Assembly: GCA_043809585.1 (NCBI GenBank)
Contig: JBDROZ010000081.1
Location: 1 to 49,730 of the forward strand
Origin: Candidatus Eiseniibacteriota bacterium
GTDB taxonomy: Bacteria > Orphanbacterota > Orphanbacteria > Orphanbacterales > Orphanbacteraceae
Length of the DNA stretch: 49,730 nt
Direction: 5' to 3'
Positions 42,986 to 49,730 of this stretch are shown here, piece after piece. Numbering within the stretch: position 1 is the stretch's first letter; each line of letters opens with the position of its first letter. Below the pieces are notes generated by a model, which saw only the letters and a program-made list of their open reading frames with translations, was not told the origin of the DNA and ran no database searches. Made by a program: the position numbers and the translations under genes.

Positions 42986-43801
42986 TCATCCATCGACGCG
43001 GTCCCGAGGGCCCCGTTCGCCTTCCTTTTCCAGGCGGCCGATCACGCCCTCCACATACCGTTCCGTTTCCGGATAGGGCGGAACTCCCCCGTGCCGTTCC
43101 ACGGCGGCGGGCCCCGCGTTGTACGAGGCGACGGCCAGCTCCAGATCCCCGCCGAACCGATCGAGGAGGCTCCGGAGATAACGGGCGCCTCCGAAGACGT
43201 TCTGTTCGGGATCGAAGGGGTCCCGAACGCCCATCTCCCGGGCGGTTCCGTCCATGAGCTGCATGAGTCCCTTCGCCCCCTTGGGCGAGACGGCGCCGGG
43301 CCGGCCCGCCGACTCCTCCGCGATGACCGCCCGGAGGAGGTCCGGATCGAGGTCGAAGCGCTTCGCCGCCCGCGCGACGATACCCTCGACGCCGCCGGCG
43401 GCCCCCGCGGGCGAAGACCGTGACGGGACCGAAGTCCGCGGAGGAACGCCTTCGTGGCTGACCGCGGCGGCGCCCGGTCCCCCTTCGGGCAGGAGCCTCT
43501 CCCGGAGCATGCGGGCGAGGCCGAGCCCGCCCCCCCGGGCGATGGCGACGGCGAGCTGCTCGTCGGCGAACTCGCTCATCATCCCGGACCCCGTCTCCTC
43601 CTCGTCGTCGCCGAACATCTCCGCCGACGAGCGCATCGACTTGAGGATGTGCGTGAGGAGAAGGGCCTCGAAGTCGGAGGCCGCCTTCCCGAGCTTCTTC
43701 GCCCGGACCGAAGCCTCTCCCCCGCCGGCCGCCCCGGTTCCTTCCGCGCGCCCGGAGAGGGGGAAGAACTTCGCGCCGCCGATGGCTTCCGCGCCGTGCA
43801 T
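42986..43801 (-). CDS. flgJ: FlgJ-like rod-binding domain fused to an SLT-family lytic transglycosylase
   Basis: Rod-binding motif FEALLL..ILKSMR...GGLGLA.ML, then AVI.EES, AVSPKGAKGLMQLM, YNAGP and PPY.ET..YV. Confidence 0.85.
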   Translation of the reverse strand: MHGAEAIGGAKFFPLSGRAEGTGAAGGGEASVRAKKLGKAASDFEALLLTHILKSMRSSAEMFGDDEEETGSGMMSEFADEQLAVAIARGGGLGLARMLRERLLPEGGPGAAAVSHEGVPPRTSVPSRSSPAGAAGGVEGIVARAAKRFDLDPDLLRAVIAEESAGRPGAVSPKGAKGLMQLMDGTAREMGVRDPFDPEQNVFGGARYLRSLLDRFGGDLELAVASYNAGPAAVERHGGVPPYPETERYVEGVIGRLEKEGERGPRDRVDG

Positions 43802-43803
43802 CG

Positions 43804-44928
43804 TTAGATGATCCTCAGCTCGGCGCGAAGCGCGCCCGCTTCCTTCAATGCCTGGAAGATGGCGATCATGTCCCTCGGGGTCACGCCGAGGGCGTTCAGC
43901 GCCCGGGCGAGATCACCGACATTCGCCGATTCCTCGAGGGCGACGAGCCGCGTCCCCTCGGTTTCCACGCGGATCTGTGTGTCCTCGGTCGCCACCGTCT
44001 CCCCCTGGGAGAAAGGGGCGGGCTGGGAGATGACCGGCCGCCCCCGGATCTCGACGGAGAGGTTGCCGTGGGCGATGGCGACGGCCGCGAGCGTCACGTG
44101 CTGGCCGGCCACGATGGTTCCGGTCTTCTCGTTCACCACGACCCGGGCCGTGGCGTCCGGATCCACCTCGAGCATCTCGATCCGCGAGAGGAGCGCCACC
44201 CGGTCGTCCTTGAGGTCCGGGGGGGGCTCGAAGGTGATCATCGCCGCGTCGAGCGCCTTCGCCGTCCCCTCGCCCAGTTCTTCGTTGATCGCCTCCGCCA
44301 CCCGGCGGGCCGTCGTGTAGTCCGGATCGGCGATCAGAACCGTCACGGCTTCGTCGCCGCGGCGGTTCTTCCACTCCCGTTCCACGATGCCGCCCCCCGG
44401 AACGCGGCCGACGAGCACGTAGTTCTGACTCGACTCGTCGCTCCCCGATCCTGAAACGCTGAAGCCCCCGACCGAAACGGCCCCCTGGGCGGTGACGAAG
44501 ACCGTACCGTCCGGCGTCGCGAGGGGCGTGTTCAGGAGCGTTCCCCCCTCGAGGCTCGACGCGTCTCCCACGGAGGAGACGGTCACGTCGATGGTGGCCC
44601 CCTTCCGGTGGAATTGCCCGATCTTGGCGACCACCATCACCGCCGCGGCGTTCTTCGCCCGGACCTTGCTCTCCGGAACGGTGACGCCGAGGCGGGTCAG
44701 CATGTTCGCGATCGACTGCATGGTGAAGACGGACGACTTGGAATCGCCGGTCCCGTCGAGGCCGACCACGAGCCCGTAACCGATCAACTGGCCTTCCCCA
44801 CCGAGGTCGATGCGGGCGATGTCTTTCAATCGGGCCGCGGAGGCTTCTCCGCCCGAAGCGGCGAGGGCGATCATGACCGCGGCCGCCATGCGGGCCCGCG
44901 CGAGGATTCGGAACGAGTTCCCTCTCAT
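43804..44928 (-). CDS. flgI: Flagellar P-ring protein FlgI
   Basis: RLKDIA, LIGYGLVVGLDGTGD, KNAAAVMV, GDASSLEGGTLL and ALNALGVTPRD.I.I.QALK.AGAL.A motifs. Confidence 0.96.
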   Translation of the reverse strand: MRGNSFRILARARMAAAVMIALAASGGEASAARLKDIARIDLGGEGQLIGYGLVVGLDGTGDSKSSVFTMQSIANMLTRLGVTVPESKVRAKNAAAVMVVAKIGQFHRKGATIDVTVSSVGDASSLEGGTLLNTPLATPDGTVFVTAQGAVSVGGFSVSGSGSDESSQNYVLVGRVPGGGIVEREWKNRRGDEAVTVLIADPDYTTARRVAEAINEELGEGTAKALDAAMITFEPPPDLKDDRVALLSRIEMLEVDPDATARVVVNEKTGTIVAGQHVTLAAVAIAHGNLSVEIRGRPVISQPAPFSQGETVATEDTQIRVETEGTRLVALEESANVGDLARALNALGVTPRDMIAIFQALKEAGALRAELRII

Positions 44929-44939
44929 TGAAACCCCCG

Positions 44940-45536
44940 TTAGAAGAACCACGAAAGAATACGCACGAAGATGTTCGGACGGCTGCCGCTCGTCACGGCA
45001 CCTTTCCCCTTGTACTCGATGCTGGCGTTCGCGATGTTCGAGGAGTAGACCAGGTTGTCCGACCCGATGTCCTCGGGACGGACGATGCCTCGAAGAGTCA
45101 GGATTTCCTTCTCCTCGTTGATGCCCACTTCCCGCTCCCCTTCGATCACCAGGTCGCCGTTCGGAAGGACCTCCACGACCGTCGCCGCCACGGTGGCCGT
45201 CAGACGGCCCTGCCGGGAGAGCTGCCCCGATCCGGTGTGCTGCCGGCCCCAGTCGGCGGACGCCCCCGTTTGTTCGATGAAATCGAGGGGGCCGACCCCG
45301 TCGGGCGCCTGCACGTTGAACTTCGTGCTCTTGTTCGTGTTCAGCGACGACGAGTTGCTGCCGCTCGCCCGCTCCACCACCGCCACGGTCACGATGTCCC
45401 CGACGTCCCGCGCCTTCAGGTCCGCGTAGAGCGACACCTGGCGGATCGTCTGGGCCGTCCCCTCCCCGGGCGGGAACGCCAGGGCCGCCGCGAGCGCCAG
45501 GAGCGACGCGGCGCCGATCGTCTTCTTCCTCGTCAT
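44940..45536 (-). CDS. flgH: Flagellar L-ring protein FlgH
   Basis: LYAD.KARDVGDIVTV, VLPNG.L.IEG, GIVRPEDI..DN and IANA.IEY.GKG motifs. Confidence 0.95.
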   Translation of the reverse strand: MTRKKTIGAASLLALAAALAFPPGEGTAQTIRQVSLYADLKARDVGDIVTVAVVERASGSNSSSLNTNKSTKFNVQAPDGVGPLDFIEQTGASADWGRQHTGSGQLSRQGRLTATVAATVVEVLPNGDLVIEGEREVGINEEKEILTLRGIVRPEDIGSDNLVYSSNIANASIEYKGKGAVTSGSRPNIFVRILSWFF

Positions 45537-46300
45537 CCTTTGATGCCTCCCGGCCGGGCTTCCCCGTCCACCCTGACGAGACCCTCCGCCACGACGACGC
45601 CGTAAAGCCGCCGTCCGCTTCGTTCGTTCTTCACCCGGATCACGTCGCCGCTCACCCCGTCGTCGAGGGCTTTCGCCACCGCCGAGACGGTGATTCCCCC
45701 GTAGGAGACCGTGAGCATGACCCGCTCGCCCCGGCGGACCAGCGGAACCGGCTCCACGTCGTCACGCTTGACGATGACCCCGTCGCCGAGCATGCGGCGC
45801 GTCCGCATCCCCTCGAGAGCCGTCGCGGCGCCGAACACGTCGTCGGCGACGGTGCGGATCTCGCGGCGTTCGAGGCGGAGGTCCCCGGAGTCCACCGTTT
45901 CATGACGGTCGAGCCGCCGGTCGGTCACGACCACGTCCCGCCACACCCGGACCCGGGCGCTGACGACGCGCCTTTCCAAGACCCGGTCCCCGTCCAGGAA
46001 CTCCACGGAGAGAACCACGGGGCCGTAGGTGGTGATGGGCCGGGTCGGTTTCGCCCGGATCGTGAGGTCTTTCCCTTCGACGCCGTCCAGCCGCGCCGCG
46101 CCGGTCCATTCGATCTCGACGTCTCCGGCGGCGCCGAGGGCGCCCCGAAGCACCCGCTCCGCCTCGTTCAGGACGGCCGCATCGGTGACGGTCTCCGGGG
46201 CCCCGGCCGACGGCAGGAGGAGAATGGCGAGAGCGATCGCTCCGATCCCTCGGGCCGTCCGTATGCGGGTTCCTTCCCTGACGGTTCGCTTCACTTTCAT
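45533..46300 (-). CDS. flgA: Flagellar P-ring formation chaperone FlgA
   Basis: SAF-like domain with PLVRRGERV and A.AL.DG..GD.IRVKN..SGR, located between flgG and flgH. Confidence 0.9.
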   Translation of the reverse strand: MKVKRTVREGTRIRTARGIGAIALAILLLPSAGAPETVTDAAVLNEAERVLRGALGAAGDVEIEWTGAARLDGVEGKDLTIRAKPTRPITTYGPVVLSVEFLDGDRVLERRVVSARVRVWRDVVVTDRRLDRHETVDSGDLRLERREIRTVADDVFGAATALEGMRTRRMLGDGVIVKRDDVEPVPLVRRGERVMLTVSYGGITVSAVAKALDDGVSGDVIRVKNERSGRRLYGVVVAEGLVRVDGEARPGGIKG

Positions 46301-46325
46301 CTCCCGATCAGAGGTTCATGCTCCA

Positions 46326-47114
46326 TTACCGAGACAGGTTGTTCGCCTGGGTCATCATCTCTTCCGAAGTCTTGATCGCCTTCGAGTTGATCTCGTACGC
46401 CCGCTGGGCGGTGATCAGCGCGATCATCTCCTCCACGATGTCCACGTTCGAAACCTCGATATAGCCCTGGGCCACCTGGCCGAGACCGTCCTGCCCCGGC
46501 GTCCCCGGCAGCGCCTCGCCGGAAGCGGGCGTCACGCCGAAGAGGTTCTGCCCGAGGGCGGTGAGGCCGGCGGGATTGATGAACCGGACCAGCTCGATCT
46601 GGCCGACCGCCTGGGGCGTCGAATCGCCGCTCACGGAGACGGCCACGGCGCCGTCGGGGGAGATGCTCACCTGGGTCGTGTCTTCCGGAATGGTGATGTC
46701 CGGATCGAGGAGGTAACCGTCGGTGTTCATCAGACGCCCTTCGGACGTGATCTTGAAACTGCCGTCCCGGGTGTAGCCGTAGGTCCCGTCGGGCAGAACG
46801 AGCCGAAAGAAGCCGTCCCCTTTGATCGCGATGTCGAGGGGGCTGTCCGTGGAGATCAGCTCGCCCTGGCTGAAGAGGCGCTGGGTCGACACGGGAGTGG
46901 TCCCGTAGCCGATCTCGAGATTGGCCGGCGATTCGCCCCCCGAGGCGGAAGGGTTGCCCGCCACCTTCATCTGCTGATAGAAGAGATCCTGGAACTCGAT
47001 CCGGCTCTTCTTGAAGCCGGCGGTGTTCACGTTCGCCAGGTTGTGGGCGATGTTGTCCACGTTCAATTGCTGGGCCTTCATGCCCGTCGCCGCCGTTCGC
47101 ATCGCTCGTATCAT
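46326..47114 (-). CDS. flgG: Flagellar basal-body distal rod protein FlgG
   Basis: AATGM.AQQ, NLANVNT.GFKK.R.EFQDL.YQ, YTRDGSF and SNV.IVEEM..LI.AQRAYEINSK motifs. Confidence 0.97.
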   Translation of the reverse strand: MIRAMRTAATGMKAQQLNVDNIAHNLANVNTAGFKKSRIEFQDLFYQQMKVAGNPSASGGESPANLEIGYGTTPVSTQRLFSQGELISTDSPLDIAIKGDGFFRLVLPDGTYGYTRDGSFKITSEGRLMNTDGYLLDPDITIPEDTTQVSISPDGAVAVSVSGDSTPQAVGQIELVRFINPAGLTALGQNLFGVTPASGEALPGTPGQDGLGQVAQGYIEVSNVDIVEEMIALITAQRAYEINSKAIKTSEEMMTQANNLSR

Positions 47115-47131
47115 TCGAGGCTACCCTCCCT

Positions 47132-47854
47132 CTATCCTTGGATCAGTTCGTTCACGACCCGGCCGAGGGCCTGGCTCTGGCTCTGCACCGCCCGCTGGCT
47201 CGATTCGTATTCCCGGAGCAGGATCATCATCTGCATCATTTCGCTACTGGGGTTCACATTGGACGACTCGAGGCTCCCCTGGAGGACCCTGTACTCCCCC
47301 TCCGCCGGCCGGAGGTCCGCCCCGCGCCGGGGGCCGAAGAGCCCGTTCTCCTTCCGCTCCAGGCCTTGGAGCTCCGTGAAGTGGACGATCTGGAGCCCGC
47401 CGACCCGGCGGCCGTCGACGAAGAGCCCGCCCGTTTCGTCCACTTCCAGGTTCCCCCCCGGCGGCAGTTCGACCGGGCCCTGCTCTCCGAGCACCCCATA
47501 GCCTTGGCCGGTCACGAGCCGTCCTTCGCCGTCCATGGAGAAGTTGCCGCTCCGCGTGTAGAGCGGTCCGCTCGGCGTCTCGACGGTGAAGAACCCGTCG
47601 CCGTCGATCGCCAGGTCGAGAGACCGCCCGGTCGATTGGAACTCCCCTTGAGAGAAATCGATGTAAAGGGTCTGATTGGACGCCGCCCGCCGAACCGTGT
47701 CGGCGCCCCCTTCCACTTCCTCGAGAACTTTCGCGAAGACCCGGCCCGCCTTGAAACCGGGCGTGTTCAGGTTGGCCAGGTTATTGGTCAGCGCTTCCTG
47801 GGGATATTGCCGGGACACCATCGCCGCACCCGCCAGGTAAATACCGTTGGACAT
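47132..47854 (-). CDS. flgF: Flagellar basal-body rod protein FlgF
   Basis: NNLAN.NTPGFK, DFSQG....TGR.LDLAI.GDGFF, YTRSGNF and QG.LE.SNVN motifs, directly upstream of flgG. Confidence 0.9.
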   Translation of the reverse strand: MSNGIYLAGAAMVSRQYPQEALTNNLANLNTPGFKAGRVFAKVLEEVEGGADTVRRAASNQTLYIDFSQGEFQSTGRSLDLAIDGDGFFTVETPSGPLYTRSGNFSMDGEGRLVTGQGYGVLGEQGPVELPPGGNLEVDETGGLFVDGRRVGGLQIVHFTELQGLERKENGLFGPRRGADLRPAEGEYRVLQGSLESSNVNPSSEMMQMMILLREYESSQRAVQSQSQALGRVVNELIQG

Positions 47855-47906
47855 CGTTTCCTTCCTCTCCGGTCCCCCCCGCGGGAACCGCGTCCGCCGT
47901 CCTTAG

Positions 47907-47922
47907 CGCAAGGCCCGTGCCA
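47907..47922 (-). promoter_or_regulatory. sigma-54 promoter of the flgF operon
   Basis: TGGCAC-GGGCC-TTGCG on the minus strand, 52 nt before the flgF ATG, with an AT-rich (IHF-like) tract at about 47945-47977. Confidence 0.8.
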
Positions 47923-48079
47923 TCGGAGACGGGCGCCGGGGTCGTTTTCTTAACTTTATTCATTACAGTCGGTTATGTCGGCTCAATCGAGAGAGAGGGC
48001 CGGGAGATAGGGGAAGGCCGGAGAGGCCGGGAGGGAAGAGAGGAAAACCTTTCCCGCACGGGGGGAGAAGTTTCTTCTT

Positions 48080-48325
48080 CTATCCGTGTCCCCCCCGAGA
48101 GGGCGGATCCTCGGCGATGGAGGGCGACGGGAGAAGGACGCCCGCCGACTCCAGGACCACGGCCTGGAGGAGCGCGCCGACCCGGGCGAGGGCCTCCCTC
48201 GAAGCGGGCGACGGGTCGGCGAAGGGGTCGCGGGCGGCGAGGGCGCGAAAGAGGGGAGCGTCCCTCCGCTCCGCTTCCCACCAATCCGGATCGCCGTCGC
48301 GCCACCAGATTCTCTCGTCCATCAC
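48080..48325 (-). CDS. Small hypothetical protein, possibly a degenerate FlhB C-terminal-like (FlhX/YlqH) protein
   Basis: GAGGTG RBS. RDAPLFRALA..DP..D.SP.S.EALA.V..LL loosely parallels the FlhB-C motif ENPPLARAL....G..IP...Y.AVAEVL. Follows a fliK-like gene. Confidence 0.4.
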   Translation of the reverse strand: MMDERIWWRDGDPDWWEAERRDAPLFRALAARDPFADPSPASREALARVGALLQAVVLESAGVLLPSPSIAEDPPSRGGHG

Positions 48326-48332
48326 CTCGTCC

Positions 48333-49547
48333 TCACAGTACGAAGTCGACCCGGGGGACGGAGCCCCCTTCGCCCCCGACCCGGACCGCCACCACCCCCG
48401 GGTCGTCCCGGAGCGCGCGGGCGATGCGCGCGCCGTCGACGGCCCGTCCCGCGCGGTTCCCCCCGGTGGGGAGGTGGACCGTCAGGGGCCCCCCTTCCGC
48501 GCCGACCCGGAGGGAGAGGACCTCCCGGCCCCCCAGATCGAGCCAGACCCGGGACTCTCCGGTCCGGAGAAGAAGGAACAAGGTTCCCCGCTCCCCCGAG
48601 ATCGAAACGGGAACCTGCCAGGCCGTTTCGCCCGCACCCCCCGTTCCGCCCAGGTTGTTCACCTGGATCGACTCGATGGTGTCGAGGGTCCGGCCCGCCC
48701 AAGCCGAGGCCCGGAAGACGCCCCGGCGGGCGGGGCCGCTCCGCCGGGGAAGGTCCCGGGAGGAGAGGGTCCGGAGCCATCGGTCGAGATCGATCAGTTC
48801 GCCTTTCAGGTCGCCGGCACCTGGGTCCTCCTCTCCCCACCCGTCACGGCCCGACGCCGCGAGACGCGCTTCGTAGCCGTACCCGCACCGGCAGAGGGCG
48901 CGAAGGAGCGCCTCCCCTTCCCCCGCGCCGGTGAGATCGAGAAAGTACGAATCGAGCCGCCGGGCCCGGCGGGCCGCTTCCCGGCAGGAAGCTCCCCGGA
49001 GAAGATGCTCCAGCCCGGCGAGTTCGTCGACGAGCCTGCCGAGGGCCCGACCCATCCGTGCGCCGCCCCCGGAGCGGAGGGCCGCGAGAGCGCGACGGGA
49101 CGACGGAAGACCGCGGACACGCGCCGCGAGGAGCGTGGCGATCTCGTCCCGCAGGCGGAGGAGAGGGACCGGTTCCTTTTCGAGGGCGGGTATCGTCTCC
49201 CGGAGCGCCCGGATCACTTCCCGGGGCGGCGCCTCTTCGCGGCGAAGGCCGAACTCCGCGGCGGTGGAGGCGATCAGGGATTCGAGGGTTTCCGTGGAGG
49301 GTCCGCTCCCGGCCCCACCACTCTTCTTCCCCCCCCCTTCCCCGTCCCGCACCCGGAGCATCGGACCCTCCCCGGAGTCCTCCAGAACGGCGGTCACGAC
49401 CCGCCCGATCGCGAGGGGGAGATCGGTCCAGGCCACGACGGTCCGCCCTTCCAGGTCGAGGAGCGCCTTGCGGCCCGGAAGGAATCCGAGGACCCTCGCG
49501 CGCACCCGGTCGCCGGGTTTTAGATTCTTCATCGGCTTCGATCTCAT
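48333..49547 (-). CDS. Hypothetical protein, FliK-like hook-length-control-associated
   Basis: LKPGDRV.ARV N-terminus, GYEARLA, DLKG.L, L..IESIQ.NN, Q.P and C-terminal VDF, as seen in FliK-associated proteins. The frame is open upstream to the window end, so the start is uncertain. Confidence 0.5.
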   Translation of the reverse strand: MRSKPMKNLKPGDRVRARVLGFLPGRKALLDLEGRTVVAWTDLPLAIGRVVTAVLEDSGEGPMLRVRDGEGGGKKSGGAGSGPSTETLESLIASTAAEFGLRREEAPPREVIRALRETIPALEKEPVPLLRLRDEIATLLAARVRGLPSSRRALAALRSGGGARMGRALGRLVDELAGLEHLLRGASCREAARRARRLDSYFLDLTGAGEGEALLRALCRCGYGYEARLAASGRDGWGEEDPGAGDLKGELIDLDRWLRTLSSRDLPRRSGPARRGVFRASAWAGRTLDTIESIQVNNLGGTGGAGETAWQVPVSISGERGTLFLLLRTGESRVWLDLGGREVLSLRVGAEGGPLTVHLPTGGNRAGRAVDGARIARALRDDPGVVAVRVGGEGGSVPRVDFVL

Positions 49548-49730
49548 CGGTCGTTCTCGGCGTGGACGATACGAGAGGGGGGTCGGGGAGGAACTAGCCT
49601 GGATTATGCACAAATCTCCTACTGCGATCTCGGATCGCCGCCTGCGAAGCCTCCTTTCCGTCGCCGCCTCCTCGACGTAGTGCATGACTACGCCTCCGGT
49701 GGCGGCTCGTCCAAGTCGGCTTCTCGTCAG

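Noticed and set aside
49700-49730. CTGACGAG on the minus strand (and CTGATGA at about 9531) resembling a hammerhead ribozyme core
   Set aside because: No stem II followed by GAAA or cleavage-site stems could be assembled.
1-49730. CRISPR array, rRNA, integrase or transposase
   Set aside because: No regularly spaced repeats, rRNA-like sequence or recombinase/transposase motifs were seen.

Overview
Bacterial, very GC-rich diderm DNA. Two secreted proteins end in 'PNPFNP...' FlgD-Ig/T9SS-like C-terminal domains, which suggests an FCB-associated candidate lineage (inference only). There are four blocks. (1) 54-~6800: tRNA-Ser(UGA) followed by a visibly more AT-rich, integrase-less defence island carrying an AbiEi/AbiEii toxin-antitoxin pair, a Fic relic, a TOTE-type primase-helicase and an AAA+/DUF4143 ATPase. 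The island contains a second copy of the tRNA's 5' half. (2) 7261-17820: two secreted modular proteins and an orphan family-5 solute-binding lipoprotein with a PrsK/PrsR-like sigma-54 two-component module. (3) 18170-25447: signalling genes (CBS, three HDOD proteins, CheD under a sigma-28 promoter, a GAF histidine kinase and a receiver-phosphofructokinase fusion). (4) 25461-49547: a minus-strand flagellar cluster (fliK-like, flgF-G-A-H-I-J-N-K-L, fliW, csrA, a glycosylation island, fliC, fliS, fliD, flgM, flbD, motA, two motB). The most notable items are the REC-PFK fusion at the end of the stator gene run and a second MotB lacking the ion-binding Asp. All family assignments come from motif recognition by eye, with no database searches.
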